From positions 288,001-352,000 of the forward strand of contig CAVQYR010000002.1 in NCBI GenBank assembly GCA_963718235.1: DNA of 64,000 bases, read 5' to 3'. Shown piece by piece: positions 21,424 through 32,756 of this stretch. The stretch comes from an uncultured Actinomycetota bacterium (GTDB lineage: Bacteria > Actinomycetota > Actinomycetes > JAHEKZ01). Both the position numbers and the translations under genes were made by a program. The notes below the pieces were generated by a model that did no database searches, was not told the DNA's origin, and saw only the letters and a list, made by a program, of their open reading frames with translations. Positions within the stretch are counted from its first letter, which is position 1; every line of letters begins with the position of its first letter.

Positions 21424-23089
21424 TTACGGTCCGCCGGGCGGAAAGGCTGGGTTGGGCAACGACACCGCTGGGTCACCCGGGTTCTGGAAGAAGTCGTTTC
21501 CCTTGTCGTCGACGACGATGAACGCGGGGAAGTCCTCGACCTCGATCTGCCAGACCGCCTCCATGCCGAGCTCGGGGAACTCGAGCACCTCGACCCGCTT
21601 GATCACGTCCTGGGCGAGGCGCGCGGCGGGGCCGCCGATCGAGCCGAGGTAGAAGCCGCCGTTGTCCTGGCACGCCTGGGTGACCTGGGCGCTCCGGTTG
21701 CCCTTGGCGAGCATGACGAACGAGCCACCGGCCTTCTGGAACTGGTCGACGTAGGAGTCCATCCGCCCGGCAGTGGTGGGGCCGAACGACCCGGACGCGT
21801 AGCCGTCGGGTGTCTTGGCCGGGCCGGCGTAGTAGACGACCCGGTCGGCCAGGTAGGCGGGCATGGGCAGGCCGGCGTCGAGCTGGTCCTTGATCGTCGC
21901 GTGCGCGATGTCTCGGGCTACGACCATCGGGCCGGACAGTGACAGTCGGGTCTTCACCGGGTACCGGCTGAGCTCGGCCCGGATCTGCGACATCGGGCGG
22001 TTGAGGTCGATGTGGACGACATCGCCGTCGAGCTCGTCATGACCGGTGTCGGGCAGGTACGACGCCGGGTCGGTCTCCAGCTGCTCGAGGAACACGCCGT
22101 CCGCAGTGATCTTGCCCTTGGCCTGCCGGTCGGCCGAGCACGAGACAGCGATCGCGACGGGGAGGCTGGCACCGTGGCGGGGGAGACGGACGACCCGGAC
22201 GTCGTGGCAGAAGTACTTGCCGCCGAACTGGGCGCCGATGCCGAACTCCCGGGTCAGCTGCAGGACCTCGGCTTCGAGCTCGACGTCACGGAAGCCGTGA
22301 CCGGTGGCCGCGTCTCCGTGCTGAGGCAGGGTGTCGAGGTAGTGGGCACTGGCGAGCTTCGCGGTCTTCAGCGCATGCTCGGCGCTGGTGCCGCCGATGA
22401 CGACGGCCAGGTGGTAAGGCGGGCACGCTGCCGTCCCGAGACTGCGCAGTTTCTCGTCGAGAAACCGCCGCATCACCGCGGGGTTCAGGATCGCCTTGGT
22501 CTCCTGGAACAGGAACGACTTGTTCGCGCTCCCGCCGCCTTTGGCCATGAAGAGGAAGTGGTACTCGTCTCCGTCGGTCGGCGAAGACCTCGATCTGGGC
22601 GGGCAGGTTGGACCCGGTGTTCTTCTCGTCCCACATGGTCACCGGCGCCATCTGGGAGTAGCGCAGGTTGAGCCGGGTGTAGGCGTCGTACACGCCGCGG
22701 CTCACGGCCTCGGCGTCGCCGCCGCCGGTGTTCACCCGCTCACCCTTCTTGCCCATCACGACGGCGGTCCCGGTGTCCTGGCACATCGGGAGCACACCAC
22801 CGGCCGCGATGTTCGCGTTCTTGAGCAGGTCCAGCGCCACGAAGCGGTCGTTGGCCGAGGCCTCGGGGTCGTCGACCACGGCTCGCAGCTGGGCCAGGTG
22901 GGCCGGGCGCAGGTAGTGCGCGATGTCGTGCATCGCCTCGTAGGTGAGTCGGGTCAGCGCATCCGGCTCGACCGCGAGCACCTGCCCGATCGGCGTCTCC
23001 ACGACCGATACGCCGTCGGTGGTCAGCAGCCGGTACGGCGTGTCGTCAGGAGTGGTCGGCAGAAGGTCGGAGTAGGCGAACTCGGGCAT
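21424..23089 (-). pseudogene. Class I (Fe-S) fumarate hydratase interrupted by a +1 frameshift near 22580 (or sequencing error)
   Basis: 5' frame [25 protein letters not shown]; 3' frame [46 protein letters not shown]; removing one G from GCC-G-ACC-GAC-GGA-GAC-GAG-TAC restores ..[12 protein letters not shown].. Confidence 0.88.
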
Positions 23090-23109
23090 GGTCCAAGCCT
23101 ATGACCCGG

Positions 23110-23895
23110 TCATCCCACGAGCTTGGCGCGCAGCCCCCTGATCGCCAGCAGCCACATGGCGACGGCGAAGGCGGCGAGGAACGACACGTGGCCGAGGTCC
23201 TCCGGCCAACGCCAGCCGAACGACGCGTCTCGGACCAGTTGGACGCAGTGGTAGAGCGGGTTGAACTGGGCCAGGAACTGCAGGCCGGGCGGCAGGTTGG
23301 TGATCGGGAAGAAGGTCCCCGCGACCAGGAACAGGGGCGTGAGGACCGCCGAGGTCACGTAGGTGAACGAGTCGATCGTCTTGACCACCGACGAGACCCA
23401 CATGCCGAAGAACGCGAACCCCAGGCCGGTGAGGAACCCGATGAACGGGACGGTGAGCATTCCCCACGTCGGGGTGAGCCCGAAGAAGAACGTGACGACC
23501 AGGGGGACGGTGCCGTAGACCCCGGCCTTGGCGGCCAGCCACGAGCCCTCGGCGGTGACCAGCTCGTCGACGCTGACGGGGGCGGCGAGCACGGCGTCAT
23601 AGGACCTCTGGAAGACCCGTCGCACGAAGGTGGCGAACATGCCGGGGAAGGCAGAGGCGAACAGGACGGCGGTGGCCACCGTGCCCGTCCCGACGAACTC
23701 GACGTACGGCACGCCGTCGACGGTCTCGACGAGCGTCCCGACCCCCAGCCCGAAGGCCAGCAGGTAGATCGTCGGCTGGACCACCGAAGAGAAGGTCGTC
23801 GAGGCCCAGTACCGCTTGAAGAGGGTGAACTCCTTGTTCCACACCCCCTCGAAGGTCGGCCGCTCGAAGCGGTGCACTGCTCGGTCGAGACTCAT
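23110..23895 (-). CDS. ABC-2 type permease (NodJ-like)
   Basis: QPTIYLLAFGLGVG, YVEFVGTG, PLFLVAGTFFPI, NPLYHCVQLVR. Confidence 0.88.
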   Translation of the reverse strand: MSLDRAVHRFERPTFEGVWNKEFTLFKRYWASTTFSSVVQPTIYLLAFGLGVGTLVETVDGVPYVEFVGTGTVATAVLFASAFPGMFATFVRRVFQRSYDAVLAAPVSVDELVTAEGSWLAAKAGVYGTVPLVVTFFFGLTPTWGMLTVPFIGFLTGLGFAFFGMWVSSVVKTIDSFTYVTSAVLTPLFLVAGTFFPITNLPPGLQFLAQFNPLYHCVQLVRDASFGWRWPEDLGHVSFLAAFAVAMWLLAIRGLRAKLVG

Positions 23896-24809
23896 TCCAG
23901 GACCTCCCCGGTCAGGAGCACGAAGACGTCTTCGAGGTTGGCCGCCCGGGCGACGCCGTCGCCCAGCTCGGTGAGCAGGCTCGCCTCGGCCCGCTCGGAA
24001 CCGAGCACCGACACCGACGGTCCCGTTCGCCGGGTGGGCAGTCCCGCCTCCTGGGCCCGGCTCTCGATCTCCGCGACCCGGTGCGGTGGGCCGTAGTACT
24101 CGATCGCCTGCTCACCGACGTGAGTGGCGAGCAGGGCCGAGGGGGAGCCCTGGGCCACGACCCGGCCGTGTGACATGACCGCGACGTCATCGGCGAGGCG
24201 CTCGGCCTCCTCGATGTAGTGCGTGGACATGAGCACCGTCTTGCCCTCGCCGCGCAGCCCGTCGATCAGGGACCAGAGGTCCTGACGCACCTGCGGGTCG
24301 AGCCCCACGGTCGGCTCGTCGAGCAGGACGAGGTCCGGGTCGTGCACGAGCCCGCGGGCGATGAGCAGGCGTCGTTTCATGCCGCCAGAGAGGTCGTTGA
24401 CCTTGGCGTCGGCGCGCTCGGTCAGCTGCGCCAGCGCCAGGGCACGGTCGATGGCCGCGCGTCGTTCGCGACGGGGGACCCGGTAGAACACCGCGAACAT
24501 GGCCAGGTTCTCGAACACGGTGAGCTCGGTGTCGAGGTTGTCCTGCTGTGGCACGACGCCCATCAGGGCCCGGGCCTGCTTGGACCGGGCGGGGATCGGG
24601 AGTCCGAGGACGTCGATGGTGCCGGAGTCGGCGACGGCCTGCCCGGTGAGCATCCGCATCGTCGTCGACTTGCCGGCACCGTTGGGACCGAGCAGTCCGA
24701 GCACGATGCCGCGGGGGACGACCAGGTCCAGACCGTCGACCGCCTTGAGCGAACCGAAGTGCTTGACGACCTGGTGCAGCGAGATCGCCGGTGTTTCCGT
24801 GGGATCCAC
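23892..24809 (-). CDS. ABC ATP-binding protein (NodI-like)
   Basis: GPNGAGKSTT, GVVPQQDNLD, LSGGMKRRL, DEPTVGLDPQ, NLEDVFVLLTG. Confidence 0.9.
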   Translation of the reverse strand: MDPTETPAISLHQVVKHFGSLKAVDGLDLVVPRGIVLGLLGPNGAGKSTTMRMLTGQAVADSGTIDVLGLPIPARSKQARALMGVVPQQDNLDTELTVFENLAMFAVFYRVPRRERRAAIDRALALAQLTERADAKVNDLSGGMKRRLLIARGLVHDPDLVLLDEPTVGLDPQVRQDLWSLIDGLRGEGKTVLMSTHYIEEAERLADDVAVMSHGRVVAQGSPSALLATHVGEQAIEYYGPPHRVAEIESRAQEAGLPTRRTGPSVSVLGSERAEASLLTELGDGVARAANLEDVFVLLTGEVLE

Positions 24810-24813
24810 CAGC

Positions 24814-25812
24814 TCAGAACTCGACGCTGGCGTACTTGCGCAGCTTGTTGAGCTGGTGCTCGCTCTCCATGAAGCGCACCGTGCCGCTCTTGCTGCGCAT
24901 CACCAGGGTCTGGGTGGATGCCCCGCCCGGATGGAAGCGCACACCCTGCAGCAGCTCGCCGTCGGTCACTCCTGTGGCGGAGAAGAAGACGTTGTCGCTG
25001 CGCACGAGGTCGTCGGTGGTCAGCACCGCGTCGAGGTCGTGCCCAGCCTCGATGGCCCTGACCCGCTCCGCCTCGTCGTGCGGCCACAACCGACCCTGGA
25101 TCACCCCGCCGAGGCACTTCATGGCGCACGCGACGATGATGCCCTCGGGCGTGCCGCCGACGCCGAGCATCAGGTCGACGCCGGTGTCCTCGCGGGCCGC
25201 CATGATGGCTCCGGCGACGTCGCCGTCGGTGATGAACTTGATCCGCGCGCCTGTCTCGCGGACCTCACGCACGAGGGACTCGTGACGGGGCCGGTCGAGG
25301 ATGCAGACGGTGACGTCCTGGACGTCGACGCTCTTGGCCTTGGCCACCCGGCGCACGTTGTCCTTGACCGGCAGTCGGATGTCGACGACGTCGGCTGCTT
25401 CTGGCCCGGTCGCGAGCTTGTCCATGTAGAAGACGGCCGACGGGTCGAACATCGTGCCCCGCTCGGCCACCGCGATGACCGAAAGCGCGTTGCCCATGCC
25501 TTTGGCGGTCAGCGTCGTGCCGTCGATCGGGTCGACGGCGACGTCGACCTCTGCGCCTGTGCCGTCGCCCACGTGCTCGCCGTTGAACAGCATGGGGGCG
25601 TCGTCCTTCTCGCCCTCGCCGATGACGACGATCCCGTTCATCGCGACGGTGTTGATCAGCCGCCGCATGGCGTTGACGGCCGCCCCGTCGGCACCGTTCT
25701 TGTCACCCCGCCCCACCCAGCGGGATCCGGCGATCGCCGCCGCCTCGGTGACGCGTCCGAGCTCGAGGCCGAGATTTCGGTCCGGCTCCTCGTTGCGTGA
25801 CTCGCTGCTCAC
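24814..25812 (-). CDS. glpX: Class II fructose-1,6-bisphosphatase
   Basis: [58 protein letters not shown]. Confidence 0.96.
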   Translation of the reverse strand: MSSESRNEEPDRNLGLELGRVTEAAAIAGSRWVGRGDKNGADGAAVNAMRRLINTVAMNGIVVIGEGEKDDAPMLFNGEHVGDGTGAEVDVAVDPIDGTTLTAKGMGNALSVIAVAERGTMFDPSAVFYMDKLATGPEAADVVDIRLPVKDNVRRVAKAKSVDVQDVTVCILDRPRHESLVREVRETGARIKFITDGDVAGAIMAAREDTGVDLMLGVGGTPEGIIVACAMKCLGGVIQGRLWPHDEAERVRAIEAGHDLDAVLTTDDLVRSDNVFFSATGVTDGELLQGVRFHPGGASTQTLVMRSKSGTVRFMESEHQLNKLRKYASVEF

Positions 25813-25880
25813 GTGTCCTCCCGCTCGACGGTGACGTCGGTGATGTGTGTGTGCGACAGTATCCGGCCCGCCGGCACGGC

Positions 25881-26921
25881 TCAGAGCCGGATCGTGGAGA
25901 CCTCGGTGGCCTTCACGGCCACCCAGACGGGTGAGCCCTGGCTCAGGTGGAGGGTGGCGACGGCCTCGGGAGTCACCTCGGCCACGACGTCCGGCGGACC
26001 CTCCAAGGTGACCCGGACCCGACTGCCCACCGTCTCGAGGCCGCGTAGGCGCGTGCTCCAGACATTGCGAGGACTCCCCTCCGGTGGGCGCCGGTGCAGT
26101 GCGACGGCGGCCGGGGACACCACGACGATGAGCTCCGAGCCGACCGGGACGGGGTCGCCCGGCGTGATCACTCCGCCGCCGTCGAGGGTGATCTGGTTCG
26201 TGGTCGCTGCCCGTCCCCGCCAGGCGTTGAGACCGAGCAGGGAGGCGACCCAGGGGGACCGTGGAGCCCGGACCAGCTCGGCGAGCGGTGCCTGTTGCGT
26301 GGAGGTCCCCTCCTCCAGGACGAGCACTGAGTCAGCCAGCGCCCATGCGTCGGTGGGGTCGTGGGTGACCAGGACCGCCACGCCGGGGTACTCGGCCAGA
26401 TGAGTCCGCAGGGCCGAGCGCACCTCGAGTCGTGACGAGGCGTCGAGGGCCGACAGCGGCTCGTCGAGCAGCAGCACCTCGGGTGTGGTCGCAAGGGCGC
26501 GGGCCAGGGCGACGCGCTGGGCCTGCCCGCCGGACAGCGTGTGTGGCCGGCGCCCTGCCAGCTCGGCGATCTCGAACCGCTCGAGCTCGGTTATCGCTTG
26601 GCGGCGTGCCTTCGTGCGACCGTGTCCGCGCGATCGAAGGCCGAAGGCGACGTTGTCCAGGACGCTCAGATGGGGGAAGAGCGCGCCGTCCTGTGGGACG
26701 TAGCCGACCTGTCGTTGGCTCGGGGGCAGTGCCGTGATGTCACGGTCCCCCAACCGCAGCCGGCTGCCCGGTTCGCACGCGGTGAGCCCGGCGATGGCCC
26801 TCAGCAGAGTGGTCTTGCCGGATGCGTTCGGGCCGACCACCACGGTCGTGACTTCGGCTGGGAAGGTCACACCGAGGTCGACGATGCCGGCGCGGACCTG
26901 CCCCGTGAGTCCTTCGCTCAT
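25881..26921 (-). CDS. modC: Molybdate ABC transporter ATP-binding protein with TOBE domain
   Basis: [52 protein letters not shown]. Confidence 0.9.
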   Translation of the reverse strand: MSEGLTGQVRAGIVDLGVTFPAEVTTVVVGPNASGKTTLLRAIAGLTACEPGSRLRLGDRDITALPPSQRQVGYVPQDGALFPHLSVLDNVAFGLRSRGHGRTKARRQAITELERFEIAELAGRRPHTLSGGQAQRVALARALATTPEVLLLDEPLSALDASSRLEVRSALRTHLAEYPGVAVLVTHDPTDAWALADSVLVLEEGTSTQQAPLAELVRAPRSPWVASLLGLNAWRGRAATTNQITLDGGGVITPGDPVPVGSELIVVVSPAAVALHRRPPEGSPRNVWSTRLRGLETVGSRVRVTLEGPPDVVAEVTPEAVATLHLSQGSPVWVAVKATEVSTIRL

Positions 26922-27742
26922 GACCCGCCTCGGGGGCGCAGGCCCGACAACCAGCGGTGACGCAGGCCGACGACCACGCCGACGCTGATGGCCAGCATCA
27001 GCATGCTCAGGGTCAGTGAGCCGTCGGGGTCCACGGGCAGGGTCTGGTAGACCGCCAGTGGCATGGTCTGGGTCACGCCGGGCAGGTTGCCGGCGAAGGT
27101 GATGGTGGCTCCGAACTCCCCGAGCGCGCGTGCCCATGCGAGCACGAGCCCGGCGGCCAGGGCCGGGGCGAGGAGGGGGACCGTGACCGTCGTGAACGTG
27201 CGCAGGCGACCCGCTCCCAGCGTTGCTGCCACGTCCTCGTGCCGTCGGTCGAGCCCCGTGAGTGCCCCCTCGACGGACAGCACGAGAAAGGGCAGGGCGA
27301 CGAAGGAGGCCGCGACGACGGTGCCCGCGGTGCTGAACGGCAGGACGATGCCGAGGTTCTCAAGGGCCGGTCCCAGCAGCCCTCTGGGACCGAAGGCGAG
27401 CAGCAGGGCGACGCCGCCCACGACCGGCGGCAGCACCAGCGGAACGAGCACGAGGGCCCGCAGCACCGACCGACCGGGAAAGTCGGTGCGAGCCAGCAAC
27501 CAGGCGAGAGGCACGCCGACGACGGCCGCGACGGCCGCAGCGCCGAGCGACGAGACGAGCGACAGCCGCAAGGCGTCCAGGACCACGGGGTCGGTCAGAG
27601 ACTCCGGAACCCGCGTCCACGGCGTTCGCAGGAGAAGAGCCAGGACCGGTACTGCCACGAAGAGCAGTCCGAGCGTCCCGAGCAGGAGCAGACTGACCGG
27701 CGCTCGCTCCTTCGCCAGGCGCGATGCGCGGTCGGTCACCAA
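26918..27742 (-). CDS. modB: Molybdate ABC transporter permease
   Basis: PLVLPPVVGGVALL, AWARALGEFGATITFAGNLPG.TQTMPL. Confidence 0.93.
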   Translation of the reverse strand: MVTDRASRLAKERAPVSLLLLGTLGLLFVAVPVLALLLRTPWTRVPESLTDPVVLDALRLSLVSSLGAAAVAAVVGVPLAWLLARTDFPGRSVLRALVLVPLVLPPVVGGVALLLAFGPRGLLGPALENLGIVLPFSTAGTVVAASFVALPFLVLSVEGALTGLDRRHEDVAATLGAGRLRTFTTVTVPLLAPALAAGLVLAWARALGEFGATITFAGNLPGVTQTMPLAVYQTLPVDPDGSLTLSMLMLAISVGVVVGLRHRWLSGLRPRGGS

Positions 27743-28530
27743 GGGGGAGGTGCCAGGAAGCCCGCGTCACGCAGTTCCGACTGCGCGGGGTTGCTCAACA
27801 AGAACTCGACGAAGTCGGCGGCCGCACTTGCTTGCGTGCTCGTGTCGATGGTGACGGCCGGGTAGGTGGCGATGACGTTGAGGCGCTTGGGTATCTCCAA
27901 GGACTCGACGGAGTCGCCTGCGGCGCTGGCGTCGGTCACGTAGACGATCCCGGCATCCGCTCCGCCGAGGGCGACGCGCGAGACCACCGCCTTGACGTCG
28001 GCCTCCTCCGAGACCGGGGTGACGACCAGTCCTGCGTTGTCGAGGATGTCGCGTGCGTACTGTCCGGCCGGCACCTCCGGTGCAGCGAGGACGACGGCGA
28101 CGCTCGGATCGGCCAGGTCGTCCATGCTCTGGACGCCGGCTGGGTTCCCGGGCGGGACGATGATCGTGAGCTTGTTGCCGGCGAAGGCGACCGGCTCGGA
28201 GATCTCATCCTGCACCGGCTCGAGCGCGGACGTCCCGGCCAGCGCGAGCACGTCGGCTGGTGCTCCGCCGTCGACCTGGGCGACGAGCTCCTGCGAACCC
28301 GCGAACGAGAACTGGACGGTTACGTCGGGGTTCGCCTCGGTGAACGCCGACCCGATGTCAGGGAACACCTCGGTGAGCGAGGCGGCGGCCAGCACCGTGA
28401 GCGTCGTCGATGGCATCTGCGGGTCGTTGTCGCTACTGTCACCGCCGGAACTGCAGGCGGTGAGAACGAGCAGGGGCAGGAGCGCGAAGGCCAGGGCTCG
28501 TCGCTTCGCTCGCGACGTCGTCGCCCTCAT
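27736..28530 (-). CDS. modA: Molybdate ABC transporter substrate-binding lipoprotein
   Basis: Lipobox LTAC, AAASLT, FAGSQEL, GAPADV, VPAGQYA, DAGIVYVTD. Confidence 0.93.
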   Translation of the reverse strand: MRATTSRAKRRALAFALLPLLVLTACSSGGDSSDNDPQMPSTTLTVLAAASLTEVFPDIGSAFTEANPDVTVQFSFAGSQELVAQVDGGAPADVLALAGTSALEPVQDEISEPVAFAGNKLTIIVPPGNPAGVQSMDDLADPSVAVVLAAPEVPAGQYARDILDNAGLVVTPVSEEADVKAVVSRVALGGADAGIVYVTDASAAGDSVESLEIPKRLNVIATYPAVTIDTSTQASAAADFVEFLLSNPAQSELRDAGFLAPPPW

Positions 28531-28931
28531 GGTCGCTCCACCATGACGCTCGTCGCCTTGACCGACGCGATCACCTCGTCTCCGACGGCGAGCCCCAAGT
28601 CCTCGACGGACTCCCGGGTCAGCAGCGAGACCACACGGTGGGGGCCGGCCTGCACCTCGACCTGAGCGGCCACCGCCCCCAGCTGGATCCGGGTGACCAG
28701 TCCCGGGAAGGCGTTGCGGGCCGAGACCCGGCGGCCGCGACCGGCGGCCTGCTGGGCCAGACCGTCGGCCGCCTGGGCCAGGGCGAAGGCCGCCAGGACC
28801 TCGCCCTCGACCACGCGGTGGCCCTGGTCGTCGGTGATGGCGTCGAGCCGGCCAGTGTCCGCCCAGCGGCGCACCGTGTCGTCACTCACACCGAGCAGTT
28901 GCGCGGCCCGGCTGAATCGATAGAGCGGCAT
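28527..28931 (-). CDS. HTH (MerR/excisionase-like)-TOBE molybdate-binding regulator
   Basis: AAQLLGVSDDTVRRWAD HTH; SARNAFPGLV...SVKATSV Mop/TOBE; alternative start 28943. Confidence 0.88.
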   Translation of the reverse strand: MPLYRFSRAAQLLGVSDDTVRRWADTGRLDAITDDQGHRVVEGEVLAAFALAQAADGLAQQAAGRGRRVSARNAFPGLVTRIQLGAVAAQVEVQAGPHRVVSLLTRESVEDLGLAVGDEVIASVKATSVMVERP

Positions 28932-28955
28932 CTGCGGAAGCATACACGCGCAGAT
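28930..28955. promoter_or_regulatory. Inverted repeat at head of mod operon, candidate operator
   Basis: atctgcg (28930-28936)-N12-cgcagat (28949-28955) overlapping the regulator start. Confidence 0.4.
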
Positions 28956-29051
28956 AGAACCGCGAATACGGCGACAAGTCCTTGATTGCTCCGTGTCTAC
29001 GAAGTCGGTTCTCGGTTCGCCTTGCCTCGGGCCGTCGGCGACGATGGGGGG

Positions 29052-29609
29052 ATGGCCAAGCCCCGCGGGTTCGAGACCGTCACCGACATGGTGCGGTCGC
29101 TGTCCGTCGTGGGCGTGTTCGTGCTGCTGCTGTTCCTCGTCGTGTGGTGGCAGCGTCCCGAGGCCCAGGGCCCGATCGACCGGGTCGTCGACGTGCCAGG
29201 AGTGGCGCAGGCCGCGTCGATCGGTGCGTCGTTCGCCGTGTGGGTCCCGGTCGGCCTCGCTTCCACATGGACGCCGACCAGCGCCTGGGCCGAGGGCGCC
29301 GAGACCAGCGACTACAACGGCCTCGTCGTCCATGCCGGGTACCTGACCCCGTCCGGCTCCTACGCCGAGGTTCGGCAGACCGATGGCCTGCGGGCGAAGG
29401 CGCTCGACGACTGGACCGAAGACGGACGGCCGACAGGGACCACCGAGGTTGATGGGCGCACCTGGCAGACCTACGAGTCGTCGACCCGCAAGGCGCTCGT
29501 CCTGACCGAGGGTCCGGTCACCAGAGTGGTCACCGGCAAGGCCGACTGGCCCGAGCTCGAGCAGCTGGCCGGGTCGCTCCAGCCGGTCACCGCTCAGTCG
29601 TCGGCGTGA
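29052..29609 (+). CDS. DUF4245 family protein
   Basis: TVTDMVRSL + TM, WTPTSA, GYLTPSGSY, VDGRTWQTY; usual neighbour of glpX/xseB. Confidence 0.82.
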   Translation: MAKPRGFETVTDMVRSLSVVGVFVLLLFLVVWWQRPEAQGPIDRVVDVPGVAQAASIGASFAVWVPVGLASTWTPTSAWAEGAETSDYNGLVVHAGYLTPSGSYAEVRQTDGLRAKALDDWTEDGRPTGTTEVDGRTWQTYESSTRKALVLTEGPVTRVVTGKADWPELEQLAGSLQPVTAQSSA

Positions 29610-29857
29610 CCCTTGCGAGTGGCCAGGACGTCGTCCAGCCGCCGGCGCGCGTCGTCGAGCCAGCGCTGGCAGACCGCGGCGAGCTCCTCACCGCGTTCCC
29701 ACAGGGCCAGCGACTCCTCCAGCGACAGCCCGCCGCCCTCGAGCGCGGAGACCACCGCGACCAGCTCGTCGCGCGCCTGCTCGTAGCCCATCGTCGGGGG
29801 GACCGTGAGGCTCGTCTCCTGGTCCGGCTCGCCACGTTCTGCGTCGACGTCGGTCAC
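29594..29857 (-). CDS. xseB: Exodeoxyribonuclease VII small subunit
   Basis: [45 protein letters not shown] at 3' end of ORF 29594..31018; GTG overlaps xseA stop. Confidence 0.93.
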   Translation of the reverse strand: MTDVDAERGEPDQETSLTVPPTMGYEQARDELVAVVSALEGGGLSLEESLALWERGEELAAVCQRWLDDARRRLDDVLATRKGHADD

Positions 29858-31083
29858 GGTGCCGAGCCTACGGCGTCTGGGTCGACCCGGACGTCGAAGG
29901 ATCCCACCGACACCCGCACGTGCAGCGCCTCGCCGGAGGTGACCGTCGTCGCGCTGCGCACCACGGCGCCGTCGGCTCGCTGCACCACCGCGTAACCGCG
30001 AGCCAGGGTTGCCGCAGGTGACAGGGCGCGCACTCGTGCTGTGGCGTGACGCAGGTCGTCGACCGCCCGGTCGATGTGGGTGCTGGTGTGTTGGCGGGAC
30101 CGCCGCAGGAGGTCGTCGACCAGCTCCTGGCGCCGGGTGACCAAGACGTGCGGATCGGCGAGCACGGGTCGATCGACGAGCTGCCGCACCCCGCTCGTCT
30201 CCCGATCGAGTCGATCTGCGACCACGCGACGCAGCCGGCTCGTGGCTGCGTCGAGTGAGGACTGCTGCTCGGCGACGTCGGGGACGATGCGTCGCGCCGC
30301 GTCGGTGGGGGTGGAGGCCCTGACGTCGGCCACGAGGTCCAGCAGGGGGGTGTCCGGCTCGTGGCCGATCGCGCTCACGACCGGGGTTGCGCAGCGCGCC
30401 ACGACCCGGACCAGCTGCTCGTCGGAGAACGGCAGCAGGTCCTCGACCGATCCTCCTCCTCGGGCGATCACGATCACGTCGACGGCATGGTCTCGGTCGA
30501 GCCGCTTGACCGCCTCGCTCACCGCGCTGACGGCGGTAGGGCCCTGGACGGCCACCTCCTCGACCCGGAACCGGATGGCCGGCCACCGCCGTCGGGCGTT
30601 CTCGACCACGTCGCGCTCGGCCGCGCTCGCTCGTCCGCACACCAGGCCGACGGTTCGGGGCACGAACGGAAGCCGGCGTTTGCGCTCGACCGCGAACAGC
30701 CCCTCGGCGGCCAGCATCGCCTTCACCTGTTCCAGGCGGGCGAGCAGCTCGCCCAGCCCCACCGGACGGATCTCCCGGGCGGACAGTGAGAGGGTGCCCC
30801 GGGCCAGGTAGAAGTCGGGTCGGGCGTGCACCACCACCCGAGCCCCCTCCAGCAAGGGCGGCACCGCGCGCTCCAGCACCTGACGCGGAGCCGTGACACT
30901 CAGCGAGACCTCCGCGGCGGTGTCCCGAAGCGTGAGGAAGACCATCGACGCACCCGGTCGCCGACTGATCTGGGTGAGCTGCCCCTCGACCCAGATCGGG
31001 CCGAGCCGGCCGACCCACTGGCTGATGGCATGAGCCACGGTGCGAACCGGTGCTGGCTGCTCGGCGGAGGTGTCCAGGCCCAT
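29854..31083 (-). CDS. xseA: Exodeoxyribonuclease VII large subunit
   Basis: [55 protein letters not shown]. Confidence 0.96.
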   Translation of the reverse strand: MGLDTSAEQPAPVRTVAHAISQWVGRLGPIWVEGQLTQISRRPGASMVFLTLRDTAAEVSLSVTAPRQVLERAVPPLLEGARVVVHARPDFYLARGTLSLSAREIRPVGLGELLARLEQVKAMLAAEGLFAVERKRRLPFVPRTVGLVCGRASAAERDVVENARRRWPAIRFRVEEVAVQGPTAVSAVSEAVKRLDRDHAVDVIVIARGGGSVEDLLPFSDEQLVRVVARCATPVVSAIGHEPDTPLLDLVADVRASTPTDAARRIVPDVAEQQSSLDAATSRLRRVVADRLDRETSGVRQLVDRPVLADPHVLVTRRQELVDDLLRRSRQHTSTHIDRAVDDLRHATARVRALSPAATLARGYAVVQRADGAVVRSATTVTSGEALHVRVSVGSFDVRVDPDAVGSAP

Positions 31084-31142
31084 CCGTGGAGCGTAGGCGC
31101 CTTCGACCGGCAGCAGTGGTTCACCCCGCCTACGATGGGCAG

Positions 31143-32120
31143 ATGCCCGAGTCCTTACCGCCGACGCCGGTCCGCCGGGTGCTTCTGGCTGCCCCGCGGG
31201 GCTACTGCGCAGGCGTCGACCGGGCCGTGATCACTGTCGAGCAGGCGCTGGAGCTCTACGGACCTCCCATCTACGTGCGTAAGCAGATCGTCCACAACCG
31301 CCACGTGGTCGAGGACCTCGAGGCGAAGGGTGCGGTCTTCGTCGAGGAGACCGACGAGGTTCCGGAGGGTGCCACCGTGGTGTTCTCCGCCCACGGAGTG
31401 GCTCCCGTCGTACACGAAGAAGCCGAAGCCCGACACCTGAAAACGATCGACGCGACGTGTCCCCTGGTCACCAAGGTGCACTACGAGGCGCGCCGGTTCG
31501 CAGCCGAGGACTTCGACATTGTGCTCATCGGCCACGAGGGGCACGAGGAGGTGGTCGGGACGACGGGGGAGGCCCCGGCGAACATCACCCTGGTCGACAG
31601 CCCCGCCGACGCGGCCACGGTCGAGGTGCGCGACCCGGACAAGGTGGCCTGGCTGTCCCAGACGACGCTGTCGGTCGACGAGACCATGGCCACCGTCGGT
31701 GCGTTGCGCGAGCGGTTCCCGAACCTGCTCGACCCGCCGAGCGACGACATCTGTTACGCCACTCAGAACCGCCAGCAGGCGGTGAAGGAGATCGCCTCGG
31801 CCTCCGACCTGCTCATCGTCGTGGGCTCGGGCAACTCGTCGAACTCGGTGCGTCTCGTCGAGGTGGCCCTGGAGGCCGGTGCGCGCGCGGCGTACCGCGT
31901 CGACAACGCCAGCGAGCTCGACCCTGACTGGCTCGTCGACGTGAGCACCGTGGGGGTCACTAGCGGCGCGTCGGTTCCGGAGAGTCTGGTCACCGGGGTG
32001 CTCGACTGGCTGGCGGAGCGGGACTTCTCCGCCGTCGAGGAGGTCACCGCGGCCAGCGAGAGCCTCGTCTTCGCGCTGCCCCCAGAGCTGCGGCGCGACC
32101 AGAAGGCCGCTGCTCGCTGA
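31143..32120 (+). CDS. ispH: 4-hydroxy-3-methylbut-2-enyl diphosphate reductase
   Basis: [59 protein letters not shown]. Confidence 0.97.
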   Translation: MPESLPPTPVRRVLLAAPRGYCAGVDRAVITVEQALELYGPPIYVRKQIVHNRHVVEDLEAKGAVFVEETDEVPEGATVVFSAHGVAPVVHEEAEARHLKTIDATCPLVTKVHYEARRFAAEDFDIVLIGHEGHEEVVGTTGEAPANITLVDSPADAATVEVRDPDKVAWLSQTTLSVDETMATVGALRERFPNLLDPPSDDICYATQNRQQAVKEIASASDLLIVVGSGNSSNSVRLVEVALEAGARAAYRVDNASELDPDWLVDVSTVGVTSGASVPESLVTGVLDWLAERDFSAVEEVTAASESLVFALPPELRRDQKAAAR

Positions 32121-32123
32121 CGC

Positions 32124-32720
32124 TCAGCGAGCGCGCAGGCGACGGACCAGCAGCAGGGTCGCGCTCACGGCGACGGCTGCGACCAGCATGGGCGCCGCCG
32201 AGGCCAGCACGGTGATGACGCCGGAGGCCAGCAGCCGCAGATCGACCAGGCCGTGGTCGAACACGGTGTCGACGATGGCGACCAGGAACAGGGTCAGCGG
32301 TGGTGCGAGCAGGGCCGCGCGCTGGTCGCTCGTTCGCACCTCCCACGCGCAGTAGGCGGCCACCAGGACGAAGGGCACGGCGAACAGCCACCCCAGGCCG
32401 CCGGTGAACAGGATCGACAGCACCCCGAAGACCAGGCCTACGCCGGTGGAGAGCACGGCCACGCCGGGTGTGGTCAGTCCGGGCCGGCGCGCAGCCCGGT
32501 AGGTCGTTGCGGCCTCTGAGGGGGGTTGTGGCTTGACCGGCTGGCCGGCCGGGGTGGGGACGGGTCGAAACGGCTCCGGCGGCTGGTCCCCCGAGGTGGT
32601 GCTCACCACGACCGCCGGGCGATCTCCGGGGCGCTGCGCCACCGGCGACGAGGGCTGAGTCGACGGGGACGCGACCGGGCCGGCCGAGGCACGGGCTGAG
32701 GACATGGGTGGTACGGACAC
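32124..32720 (-). CDS. Membrane protein (DUF6542-like)
   Basis: Pro-rich N-terminus then PGLT..GV and four TM segments with APPL motif; position between ispH and rmuC. Confidence 0.65.
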   Translation of the reverse strand: MSVPPMSSARASAGPVASPSTQPSSPVAQRPGDRPAVVVSTTSGDQPPEPFRPVPTPAGQPVKPQPPSEAATTYRAARRPGLTTPGVAVLSTGVGLVFGVLSILFTGGLGWLFAVPFVLVAAYCAWEVRTSDQRAALLAPPLTLFLVAIVDTVFDHGLVDLRLLASGVITVLASAAPMLVAAVAVSATLLLVRRLRAR

Positions 32721-32756
32721 CCCACCACGGTAAGGGGTCCGCGGCGGTGCCCGGGT

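Noticed and set aside
29858-31018. Long N-terminal extension of XseB (474 aa ORF)
   Set aside because: Alternative frame within xseA; only the last ~87 aa are XseB.
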